This document shows positions 1 through 8,107 of a stretch of DNA of 64,000 nucleotides, piece by piece. Within the stretch, counting starts at the first letter, position 1. The number at the start of each line of letters is the position of its first letter. A program made the position numbers and the translations under genes. The notes beneath the pieces are model-generated. The model did no database searches. It worked only from the letters and a program-made list of their open reading frames with translations, and had not been told where the DNA came from. Source of the DNA: an uncultured virus (IMG/VR IMGVR_UViG_3300012277_000001) (Duplodnaviria; Heunggongvirae; Uroviricota; Caudoviricetes); IMG/VR virus record IMGVR_UViG_3300012277_000001, positions 124,001 to 188,000 of that record; one strand, written 5' to 3'.

Positions 1-485
1 CCTTTGCCCATCCACTCTACGGTGAATTGCTCCGCCAACCATTCGGTTTCGTTTTTCGCTGCATATTCGCTCGGATTTCCAAGCTTTTTGCGCAGGTCAC
101 GAAGGGTCGATTTGTAGTGGCCCCACGCATCGTCGTCGTGTCCGCATTCGTGAGCGATTGTCGCGTGTATGCAATGTCCGTATTCGTGGACGATCAACGC
201 GTCAAAGGCTTCGTGTGGGCCGTCGTGCACCACAAACCCCGGAGGATTAGCCTTGCCACATTCGCGCTGTGCATCGGCCACCGTGCCACGTGTAAACGCG
301 GTTGTCAGACGAATCTTTCTGGTTTCCCGGTCGAATTCGGAGGTCAGCCGGTCGGTGTATTCCACACCTTTCAAAAACTTCGCAGCTTTCGGAAAAATTA
401 AACCCAAAGATGCCAGCTTCTTCTTAACGTGCTTGGCAACTTCCGGCGATACGTCAGTTGAGGCCATCGCCAGCATCATTTCCAT
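1..485 (-). CDS. Zincin-like metallopeptidase with MEM-type leader (3' end outside the window; not in ORF track)
   Basis: Manual translation from ATG 485 (TGATG overlap with upstream stop): MEMMLAMASTDVSPE...LIVHEYGHCIHATIAHECGH...PSEYAAKNETEWLAEQF. HExxH plus downstream SEYA..N..E.LAE as in lethal-factor/MuF-associated zincins. Confidence 0.75.
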   Translation of the reverse strand, partial: MEMMLAMASTDVSPEVAKHVKKKLASLGLIFPKAAKFLKGVEYTDRLTSEFDRETRKIRLTTAFTRGTVADAQRECGKANPPGFVVHDGPHEAFDALIVHEYGHCIHATIAHECGHDDDAWGHYKSTLRDLRKKLGNPSEYAAKNETEWLAEQFTVEWMGK

Positions 486-874
486 CAGCTGAAATCCTTC
501 GCAGGCTTGTAGACCATGAGCAAACTGCCCCATTCGTCTTTGAACAATTTCTTGGTTTCTTCCAACGAGGCCTTGAGATTCAACGCCGGGCGGAAACCGT
601 TTTTGTAGAACACATGCAGCGAAGCGACACTGGATACCTGCGCCCCGATATCGCTTTTGTATTTCCGCACAATTCCCTTCAATAGGAAATCGCCGTGGCC
701 TTGGCCTCGATGTTGTTCGTCGATCACGTAATCGGTAACGCTGTGTTTGCACGGCGAGAATTCCCCGCCAGTGCGCACGCAAATGTAACCAAACTCGGAA
801 CGGAATTCCGTACCAAAATGCTCGCCCCGATCCGTGATTTTAATCGAGGCGGCCAGCGCCAATTGCATTTCCAT
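485..874 (-). CDS. GNAT-family acetyltransferase with MEM-type leader
   Basis: VIDEQHRGQGHG (acetyl-CoA motif A) and FYKNGF (motif B); starts MEMQLALAA. Confidence 0.75.
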   Translation of the reverse strand: MEMQLALAASIKITDRGEHFGTEFRSEFGYICVRTGGEFSPCKHSVTDYVIDEQHRGQGHGDFLLKGIVRKYKSDIGAQVSSVASLHVFYKNGFRPALNLKASLEETKKLFKDEWGSLLMVYKPAKDFS

Positions 875-879
875 TTCTT

Positions 880-1797
880 TTACTCCAAACCGTGCAGTTC
901 GCGCTCTTCGCTAGTCATCCAACGCTTGCGCACATAATCCAAGAATCCTTTAGTGTCAACACGCAATTTACGTTTAACACGTTTGAGTTTCTCAAGGAAT
1001 TGCAAATCAGAACCCTCTCGGGCCGCATCTAACAGCCGGTTGAAGTCGCGCACAGCTTGGCTACCAACGTCCCACGTGTTTATCAGGTGTTTAATTTGGC
1101 GAGCAACACGGTCCCGATTTTTCTGCTCTTCCTTTGTGCGGGCGCCTTTCAGGTACTGTGTGTAGTGTGCTTCGCTGCCCTTGAAGACGATTTGTGACGC
1201 CACGTACCAAGCTTCCAACTCACCCGTACTGTAGGGCTGGAAAACCTTCTGCCCGAACTTACGTTTCTTTTTGTCCGAGACTTCCAGCTTGATTTTCTTG
1301 CGTTTATCGAGGTTCATAAACGCATTTATATCGGCGTACTGGAACAGTTCTATACCGTTCCTTTTTGCAAGCAATGCCAGCGTAAGTGAATCGTTGGATT
1401 TGAATTTACCACTCTCTTTCATAAAGTGGATTTCTTTCACGTACCGGATGCACGGGATGTACATTTTGTTTGAGAACAGTCGATCTTCTTTTTCGTCATT
1501 GTCCACATACTTTTGATCGGCCCAGTAATCAACGGCTTTGATCTTATAGTTCGCGTTCATCTTCTGCCCGTCGAGCACAAAGATAACGTGAGTACCACCA
1601 GCCTCATTCCTGAAGTAATCGGAATGCTTGGAGCGGGCAAGGCTCAGAAAATATTGAGCATCGCCGAATCCTGATTCAACGCCTTCGTTGGTGGCTGCCA
1701 ACTTGAACTTATCGTTCTTCAGCGCAGTAATTGCGTGCTCCATCAGGATCAAGTGATAGAGCACACTGGAACCGGCCAGCGCCAGCATCATTTCCAT
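880..1797 (-). CDS. Hypothetical protein with MEM-type leader; possible ADP-ribosyltransferase-fold N-terminal domain
   Basis: Starts MEMMLALAG; LYH ... FLSLARS ... EKEDR pattern resembles ART strand-1 His, S-x-x-x-S and E-x-E elements. Confidence 0.5.
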   Translation of the reverse strand: MEMMLALAGSSVLYHLILMEHAITALKNDKFKLAATNEGVESGFGDAQYFLSLARSKHSDYFRNEAGGTHVIFVLDGQKMNANYKIKAVDYWADQKYVDNDEKEDRLFSNKMYIPCIRYVKEIHFMKESGKFKSNDSLTLALLAKRNGIELFQYADINAFMNLDKRKKIKLEVSDKKKRKFGQKVFQPYSTGELEAWYVASQIVFKGSEAHYTQYLKGARTKEEQKNRDRVARQIKHLINTWDVGSQAVRDFNRLLDAAREGSDLQFLEKLKRVKRKLRVDTKGFLDYVRKRWMTSEERELHGLE

Positions 1798-2103
1798 TTA
1801 ACGTTTCCTTGCGGCGCGGGCCGTAGCCATGGCGGCGCGTTTGAATTGCGCCAGTTTACGTTGAGCCATCTGCAATTGACGACCAATGACCGCCAATTGG
1901 GAATCGCTCAAATGTTCTTGGTTATACTGCTTCTTCAGCCGTTCAATTTCTGCACGGAGTTGTGCAACGTGCGAACGGTAGGCATCGGCGCCTGAAACTT
2001 CCGGAGCGCTAGCACGGGCACCGGCAAAGATCGAACCGGGGTGTTGCTTCAGGTATTTCTTTTTGGCTTTGTTGGCTTTTGAATGAAACCAGTGTTTGGC
2101 CAT
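1798..2103 (-). CDS. Small basic hypothetical protein with coiled coil
   Basis: ORF abuts both neighbours; WF..KKYLKQHPGS N-terminus followed by heptad-like region. Confidence 0.6.
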   Translation of the reverse strand: MAKHWFHSKANKAKKKYLKQHPGSIFAGARASAPEVSGADAYRSHVAQLRAEIERLKKQYNQEHLSDSQLAVIGRQLQMAQRKLAQFKRAAMATARAARKR

Positions 2104-2345
2104 TACTTTCTCCAGTGGCGCACTGGCCCCTGCGGACCTTGCGGACCTTGCGGGCCTACAGGCCCTTTCACCATTTTATTTGGATGCCGCATAACTTCGC
2201 GGGACGCTGCTGTCACGTCACGCCAAAAATCGGAATGGAAATGCATAGAAGATTTCTGTTCACGATCAATGGCGCGAATCCCATAAACGACCAGTGCCAG
2301 AAGCGGCAACTGCATCAGCAGGGCAAACCACTCGGCATTACCCAC
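2103..2345 (-). CDS. Small membrane protein with short collagen-like tail
   Basis: Hydrophobic WFALLMQLPLLALVVYGI; GPVGPQGPQGPQGPV near C-terminus. Confidence 0.65.
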   Translation of the reverse strand: MGNAEWFALLMQLPLLALVVYGIRAIDREQKSSMHFHSDFWRDVTAASREVMRHPNKMVKGPVGPQGPQGPQGPVRHWRK

Positions 2346-2763
2346 GGCCCAGTTCCTTACGAAGAACGGGAAGATCCGACCAGATTTCTTGGTAGCGTTT
2401 TGCGAAACTACGCACCACGGAAGGCACCGGTTCTGGACGTGCGCTGGCGACCGCTACTTCGGTGCCCGACAAGTTGTTTTCCGCCTGCAAATCTGCTTTG
2501 GTGCAGACAAAGAAGTGGTCAACCTGTGCAACAGGAATCTTTTCGTAATATTCACGATCCGCGTCCGGGTTGGCCACGTCGAGCGCCAAATCGTAGGTCA
2601 CGGTTTCAGGCTTCACGTTGACAGCCAGCACCTTTGCACGGATCGCACATTCATGCAGGGCACCGAGATTAAGGCGACGGATCGCGGGGTGGAACCAGAC
2701 TTCGGTGCCGCACGCGTAGACCGGATATTGAGTAACAGAGGCGATTGCGATTTCAGTTTTCAT
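2338..2763 (-). CDS. Hypothetical protein with EIAIAS/EVAVAS motifs
   Basis: Start reassigned to ATG 2763 (TAATG overlap): MKTEIAIAS...; second motif EVAVAS near C-terminus. Confidence 0.65.
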   Translation of the reverse strand: MKTEIAIASVTQYPVYACGTEVWFHPAIRRLNLGALHECAIRAKVLAVNVKPETVTYDLALDVANPDADREYYEKIPVAQVDHFFVCTKADLQAENNLSGTEVAVASARPEPVPSVVRSFAKRYQEIWSDLPVLRKELGRG

Positions 2764-2939
2764 TAGGCGGCACACACCATATTGTTTGCGATTTCGGGAT
2801 GCTTTTCAGCGAATTCTTTCCAGCTTTGCAGCCACTTTTCCGTGCGTTGGCGGTTAGCTTCGTAGCGGGCTTCACGTTCTTCCGCCGTTTCGTTCTCGTA
2901 GATTTTTTGCAGGTCAGACAGACGAATAGGTTTGATCAC
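2763..2939 (-). CDS. Small hypothetical protein
   Basis: GTG at 2939 overlaps the upstream stop (GTGA); its stop overlaps the next ATG. Confidence 0.5.
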   Translation of the reverse strand: MIKPIRLSDLQKIYENETAEEREARYEANRQRTEKWLQSWKEFAEKHPEIANNMVCAA

Positions 2940-3145
2940 TGATGCTTTCCTTTCTGTTTGCGTCGTTCTTGGCGCATATTGTGTTGGACGTACCACGGCA
3001 TTTTTTGCTTCGCTTCCAAGTTACCAGCTGGCCCATCGGGACCACGGTCGCCGCCGCGCCCACCATTCCAATCGTCACCCGGCAAACCGGGGCGTGCGTA
3101 AAAGCCAGTATTTTGTTGCGGAAATTCGTCTGCCATGCCCATCAT
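2936..3145 (-). CDS. Small Gly/Pro-rich (collagen-like) hypothetical protein
   Basis: ATG 3145 preceded by AGGGA; GLPGDD..GGRGGDRGPDGPAG. Confidence 0.45.
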   Translation of the reverse strand: MMGMADEFPQQNTGFYARPGLPGDDWNGGRGGDRGPDGPAGNLEAKQKMPWYVQHNMRQERRKQKGKHQ

Positions 3146-3155
3146 GTTTTCCCTA

Positions 3156-3872
3156 TCAGTATTTCGCTTGGAGTACCAGATCCCAATGGGTTGCGGCGTT
3201 GGTGTTGGTATTGGCCAACGAGATTGCAAAGGTATAGAAACCTGCGACTGGAATATCGAATTCGGCAGACTGCAAACGACCAAATGCTTTTGAGCCAATA
3301 CCGCCGGAAATGGTCACACTTGCAGTGTCAGTGGATTCGGCGGCATAAATCATTTGCGTTCCGTTGCCACCTGTAGTCGCGCTAGGTTTGTTGACCTTGC
3401 GCAGCCCGATTGTGAAATCAGCATTAACCGTGCCGTTGTTGTTCTGCGAATATGTGGCAGAAATTCGCAGTTTAGCCCCGACAGGAAAGTCAGCAGGGTC
3501 CAGATAAATCAGGTTTAGCGGAACGGTGGTCAGTGCCGAAGACATATCCGCAACGGTGAGATTGGGGATAGCCCAGTATTTACCAAGGCCCTGTGCACCA
3601 ACGATGGTGGATATGCGGAGAATGGGACGAAACACCGCAGTTGATCCGCCACCATTGATCAGAGATTTAACCTGATCCAGCGTGGCGATATTCTTCCAAG
3701 CGGCGCCGGTGTTGTGGTACAGACCGTCGGGGAAGTTTGTCTGATCCGCGTGGCCGTGCAACGAAAACAATTCGCCGATATTCCCGTTGCCGGGGAACGT
3801 AGAACCATCAGGCAACGTAAGGTTTACGATCTTGCCGCCTTCGACAATTACTAGGTCGCCATTTACTTTCAT
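3156..3872 (-). CDS. Putative virion/tail-fibre-associated beta-rich protein
   Basis: Gly/Thr/Asn-rich; TFP...GELF motif typical of fibre repeats; beta-sandwich-like C-terminus. Confidence 0.5.
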   Translation of the reverse strand: MKVNGDLVIVEGGKIVNLTLPDGSTFPGNGNIGELFSLHGHADQTNFPDGLYHNTGAAWKNIATLDQVKSLINGGGSTAVFRPILRISTIVGAQGLGKYWAIPNLTVADMSSALTTVPLNLIYLDPADFPVGAKLRISATYSQNNNGTVNADFTIGLRKVNKPSATTGGNGTQMIYAAESTDTASVTISGGIGSKAFGRLQSAEFDIPVAGFYTFAISLANTNTNAATHWDLVLQAKY

Positions 3873-3944
3873 ACATTTCTACTCTTTTTGATGTGTGTTG
3901 GGCTTCCTCTCCCGTTCGGCGCCTTGAGGGTAGACTGTCTTTTA

Positions 3945-4448
3945 TTATTCGTCGATGTTGTCGGAGGTGCCAAACTGGCCGTTATTGCCAATGGCGCTTT
4001 TGATTTGTTTCGGGCTGAAGACAATCCACTGATCGCCTACACCGCCAACATCAAAATGGTTTTTCAAATGCACGCCGTCACAGCCATGGCGCAGGGCTTC
4101 ATTGATTACTACGTCGCGGCCTTCTTTGCTGCCCTCGAAATCGTGCGTGTAGAGCTTCTGAATCGACAGGTAGCAGGGCATCACGTGGCCCACTACAGGC
4201 GCAGGCCAGTTTTCATCGTAGCCGGAATAAGCAGACGCCATTTTCGGATCAGTGGCGAAGAAAATGCCAGACTCATTGTGGGATCTGTTCAGACCAGTCA
4301 TGAACGCACGGAAATTCGTGTTGGGCGACCCGTGGTAAACGCGCAGTGGATTACCAGAATGGTCTACGCACTTGGAAGCACGAAACCACTTTTTGAATTC
4401 TGGCGTCAGCTGCTGCTTGGCCGTGGCCAGCGAAAGGATCATTTCCAT
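3945..4448 (-). CDS. ADP-ribosyltransferase of the polyvalent-protein (ART-PolyVal) type with MEM-type leader
   Basis: FKKWF..SKCVD.SGNPLRVYHGS, GIFFATD...ASAY, VMPCYL, DGV, IVFSPKQIKSAIGNNGQF match the family pattern; starts MEMILSLATA. Confidence 0.8.
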   Translation of the reverse strand: MEMILSLATAKQQLTPEFKKWFRASKCVDHSGNPLRVYHGSPNTNFRAFMTGLNRSHNESGIFFATDPKMASAYSGYDENWPAPVVGHVMPCYLSIQKLYTHDFEGSKEGRDVVINEALRHGCDGVHLKNHFDVGGVGDQWIVFSPKQIKSAIGNNGQFGTSDNIDE

Positions 4449-6136
4449 TATTCGGTACTCTTAGTCGCCAGATCAATGGCTTTCTGGATTTTGGAATTCG
4501 GGCGCGTGTTGGTCTTTTCGTAAACCGGAATGAATACCGACGGGTCGATATAGTTGGCAATAGCCGTGGTGGCTGTTACCTTCTCGCCTGCCAAATGCCC
4601 CAGTTCCTTACCGATCTTCAAGCATTGATCTTCAATCCATTTATTGACCACTACGTCTTTGGCACGTGCGCCATGCGGGCACTTGTCCATCAGCGCTTTG
4701 GCCATCGCAGTACCTCGAAGTTTTCGAAACTTGTGAACCGTGAAGCCTTCGGGGAACCCAAGTTCGCGAATGTAGCCATTCACCTGCGAGTTCGACAGAG
4801 GTTTACCACGGAAAGTGAACACGTATTCCGCTGGCTTTTTCTCATGGATGAATTCGGAGATTGCGCCGTACAGCATTTCGGTACGCTGTTCGTCGAACTT
4901 GATCACGTGCTTTTGTGCCCCGGCCTTTTTGCCGAGGTACTTGATAATCACCCGCTGATCATTGAAATTCAGGTGTTTGCGCAGCAGCGTAGAAATGCCG
5001 TACGTGGTTTCACCGGCAGTCAACGCACGCGTGGAACCGATACGTGCCGAGGTCTGATAAATCACTTCCAAAACGGCAGCAGCCGTACCGCGCAGGGTGC
5101 CCGGACCTTTCGCCAAATCAGGCAACCATTTTTTGATGTACTTCGCCATATCCGGCAGCATGTTTTGCACGATGCCGAAAGACTCCACGCGGCCTTCGGT
5201 GCGGGCTGCGATGGTATAGACGTTGGTCGTCGATTGGGCAAAGGGCGCTTTGTACTGGCAGTAATAAATCGTAGAACCCGGCGTATAGTTCTTGTTCATC
5301 GAACCGGCACCAACCGGCTTATTCATCAGCTGTAGGCCGTCGCTGGTGTAGTAATTCCCTTTGTCGTCCATTTGACCGGTGAACCAATCCGGAATATCGT
5401 GCTGCACACTTCCCATCTGTTCGCGAATATCGTCCACGTCCAATGTGTGCTGCCCACTGGCACGAACGATGTTGGCCACGGCCTTATCGGCAATGGCTTT
5501 GCGCTGGCGGCGCATGTCCAAATATTCTTGGTGCTCGGCGAGGTTGGCCCCCAGTTCCTTTGCCTTTTCTCGCCACTTGGTCAACACGGTTTCAGGCATG
5601 ACATTGCCCTTCACTTTGCCGTATTTCTTCACGTGGTCTTCAAGGCGTTGGTACAGTGCGGATTGAGAGGCCGAAACCGTGTGTTCGTCTTCATGCATAA
5701 ACATTTTGGAAATGTGGGAGTCCTTGAAATACCCCACGTTCTGCATCAGCCGCTTGGTCGCAGCTTCAGACCCATTACGGGCCAGACGGATATCGGTCAG
5801 AAAAGCCAGCTGCTGCTTCGACAGATTCTTATCTTTATCGAACGCCTTTTTCTTTTTCTTCAGGGCGTCGAAACAGCCGTTCAGAATGTGATGGTATTTA
5901 TCGGCGCTCACGTCTTCGCCGTCTGCCAGCATGGTCAGCGTTTTGGTAAACGTGCGCTTGATTCCATATTGCTCAAGGAACGGCTGCGCCTGTACATTCC
6001 ATTTCTTCAGCTTCGGCGTGAACGTTGTGCCGTAGTCGAATTCGCTCGCCTTGTAGATCGCAAGCAGCAATTTCAGAAAGGCGTCAGCGGAACCGGGCGG
6101 GGCTGGCGCAGCAGCGGCGATTGACATTTCCATCAT
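4448..6136 (-). CDS. Type IB DNA topoisomerase-like protein with MEM-type leader
   Basis: RIG, YLGKK, HKFRK, LGH and catalytic NYIDP in the order of the Topo IB R-K-R-H-Y pentad; starts (M)MEMSIAAAA. Confidence 0.75.
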   Translation of the reverse strand: MMEMSIAAAAPAPPGSADAFLKLLLAIYKASEFDYGTTFTPKLKKWNVQAQPFLEQYGIKRTFTKTLTMLADGEDVSADKYHHILNGCFDALKKKKKAFDKDKNLSKQQLAFLTDIRLARNGSEAATKRLMQNVGYFKDSHISKMFMHEDEHTVSASQSALYQRLEDHVKKYGKVKGNVMPETVLTKWREKAKELGANLAEHQEYLDMRRQRKAIADKAVANIVRASGQHTLDVDDIREQMGSVQHDIPDWFTGQMDDKGNYYTSDGLQLMNKPVGAGSMNKNYTPGSTIYYCQYKAPFAQSTTNVYTIAARTEGRVESFGIVQNMLPDMAKYIKKWLPDLAKGPGTLRGTAAAVLEVIYQTSARIGSTRALTAGETTYGISTLLRKHLNFNDQRVIIKYLGKKAGAQKHVIKFDEQRTEMLYGAISEFIHEKKPAEYVFTFRGKPLSNSQVNGYIRELGFPEGFTVHKFRKLRGTAMAKALMDKCPHGARAKDVVVNKWIEDQCLKIGKELGHLAGEKVTATTAIANYIDPSVFIPVYEKTNTRPNSKIQKAIDLATKSTE

Positions 6137-6555
6137 TGGCCCTTGATGTAATCCATACGGTTAAATTTGTTGGCGTAGCGGCGGCTTGGAATGTCGTCGG
6201 TAGGCACACGAATGCCCACGTAATAGACCGTAGAATCCAATTTGCTTTTTTCGGACTCAACCACACGTCCCTTGGAATCGACGCACATCAGCAACAACTC
6301 CAAAGCGTCTTTGTCGTTGTGACGGTAAACACGGTAGCCGTAGTAAAGTTGGTATTTGTGGCGGTCGGCGTATTTGATAATGCCGTCGTCGTTACGGGGC
6401 AAATCATTTACAAAGTTGCCGCGCTTGATCACAGGCAAATGCAGCAGGCGCTGGCCGAGGTCGCGAATGTCCGGATAGTTCCGTGCAAGACGCACCATCA
6501 GCCCACCCGGCAAAAACTTCTGCTGATCAGCAGCCAGAGCGAGCATCATTTCCAT
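6133..6555 (-). CDS. Hypothetical protein with MEM-type leader
   Basis: Starts MEMMLALAA; stop overlaps the next start. Confidence 0.7.
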   Translation of the reverse strand: MEMMLALAADQQKFLPGGLMVRLARNYPDIRDLGQRLLHLPVIKRGNFVNDLPRNDDGIIKYADRHKYQLYYGYRVYRHNDKDALELLLMCVDSKGRVVESEKSKLDSTVYYVGIRVPTDDIPSRRYANKFNRMDYIKGQ

Positions 6556-6556
6556 T

Positions 6557-6895
6557 TTATTTTCCTGTAAGACGTTCGAAGTCTTCGATCATTTCGGCTT
6601 GCACGTCGGCAGGGCGTGCCCATAGTTCGACCTGTCCTTTTTGGGACACGCTGCCTTTGGAGACTGCAAACAGCATAAAGACCGGGCCACGTGCCGTTTG
6701 GAAAAGGGCTTTGAAATTGATTGGCCCTGCCCCCGATTTTTTCCACATGGTAATCGGGGTTTTCTTGCCTTGGAAGCTTATGGTAGCCCCATATTCTTTG
6801 TTGAGGATGAATTTGCCATCCACCACGGAATCCTGCCAAGCAGATTTAACGGAATCCGCCAAACTGCTGCTAGAAATCGCAAGCATCATTTCCAT
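6557..6895 (-). CDS. Hypothetical protein with MEM-type leader
   Basis: Starts MEMMLAISS; TAATG overlap with tmk stop. Confidence 0.7.
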   Translation of the reverse strand: MEMMLAISSSSLADSVKSAWQDSVVDGKFILNKEYGATISFQGKKTPITMWKKSGAGPINFKALFQTARGPVFMLFAVSKGSVSQKGQVELWARPADVQAEMIEDFERLTGK

Positions 6896-7527
6896 TATTT
6901 ACACCATTCATCCACCAGCGCCAGAATTTGACGCCGGACTTCTTCAAGGGGTTGCTGGGCGTCGATCACCACCCACGATTCGTCGATCATGTCGTGGTAG
7001 GCTTCGCGCACTTCAGCGAAATAGGACAGGGGTTTCTTCTCGAATTCATCGAGTTCAATCCCTTTCTGCACACGCGATTCGTGCATACGCCGGAAACTAA
7101 CTTCAGGCGGCAGGTCAAGCAAGATCGTCAAATCCGGCTTGATCAAATGGCCGTAATCATCAGCCATTTGGTGAATTTGTTCGGTAGCCTCACAGGTACG
7201 CGTTTGGTACGCAAGGGCCGACCAGTAATAGCGCTCGCTGAAAACGTGTGTGCCGCTTTCCAGCGCCGGACGAATCACGGCTTCGGTGTGCTGAATGCGT
7301 GCGGCATACGACAGAAAAGGCTGGCACAGAGCAGGCACTTTCCCTTCATGGTCAAGCATCAGACGGCGCAGCGTTTCAGCAAATGGAGTGCCGCCCGGCT
7401 CACGCGTGAAAATCATGTCAATGTCATTATTTTCCGCATGCATACCAACGTAGATCGAAGCTGTTCCTTTGCCAGCGGCTTCGATAGACTCCAAGCAAAT
7501 GAATTTCCCGCGTTTGGTTTTGATCAC
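6895..7527 (-). CDS. tmk: Thymidylate kinase
   Basis: P-loop ESIEAAGKGT, TREPGGT, SERY..S.LAYQ, KPDLTILLD. Confidence 0.93.
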   Translation of the reverse strand: MIKTKRGKFICLESIEAAGKGTASIYVGMHAENNDIDMIFTREPGGTPFAETLRRLMLDHEGKVPALCQPFLSYAARIQHTEAVIRPALESGTHVFSERYYWSALAYQTRTCEATEQIHQMADDYGHLIKPDLTILLDLPPEVSFRRMHESRVQKGIELDEFEKKPLSYFAEVREAYHDMIDESWVVIDAQQPLEEVRRQILALVDEWCK

Positions 7528-8096
7528 GTCAAGAATACCCGCTGTGTACGTTTGATTGTGTGTCGTGCATCACCAGCCAACCACGCCAGTTTGCGATACA
7601 TGCGATGTTTGGCAAAGATGGAAACTTGCCGATACTTCGCTTTTTGGCTACAGGAAATGCGACCGGTCGTCTCGCTCAAAACCAGAATGCCAACACCTGC
7701 CGCTTTCAGTTCTTCGCGGATTTCCGGATAGCAGCGAGATTTGGTTATGGATGGCGCAAAAAGGAAATAAAGCCGATTGGTATGTGGCAGATAATCGCGC
7801 CATTTCTTATCAGCACGGTAGTCTGCTAGGCAACTCTTAATCTCAATTCCGTAAAAATTTCCGGGATAGTCAATCACCAATGCATCAAGCCTGCTACGAC
7901 CCCAAGGCACGACCCCGACTTCTTTGTGCACAGAACAGGTTTTCTTCGCGTAGTAATAAGTGAGCGCCATGTACAGTGCAGCTGTGATATCGGTGCGTGA
8001 CATTTTCACGGAGCCTTCAGCGGCTTCCGTTCGTTTGTCATGTGCTTTCTTGGCGCGTGCTTGCTTAGTGCGCGTGCCCTTTCGTGTGTACGCCAT
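7524..8096 (-). CDS. MmcB-like PD-(D/E)XK nuclease
   Basis: RLDAL...IEIKSCLADYRADKKWRDYL...RLYF matches the MmcB/DUF1052 pattern. Confidence 0.75.
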   Translation of the reverse strand: MAYTRKGTRTKQARAKKAHDKRTEAAEGSVKMSRTDITAALYMALTYYYAKKTCSVHKEVGVVPWGRSRLDALVIDYPGNFYGIEIKSCLADYRADKKWRDYLPHTNRLYFLFAPSITKSRCYPEIREELKAAGVGILVLSETTGRISCSQKAKYRQVSIFAKHRMYRKLAWLAGDARHTIKRTQRVFLT

Positions 8097-8107
8097 CCAT
8101 TCCCCGC

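Noticed and set aside
4448..6136. Protelomerase or integrase acting on the 24-bp palindrome
   Set aside because: The motifs (YLGK, KFR, YIDP) fit Topo IB better, and the palindrome is short and 31 kb away.
1..6895. MEM leader as a Sec, lipoprotein or pilin signal peptide
   Set aside because: It has no basic n-region, only ~6 hydrophobic residues and no lipobox or pilin G|F site, and the cargo are cytoplasmic-type enzymes.
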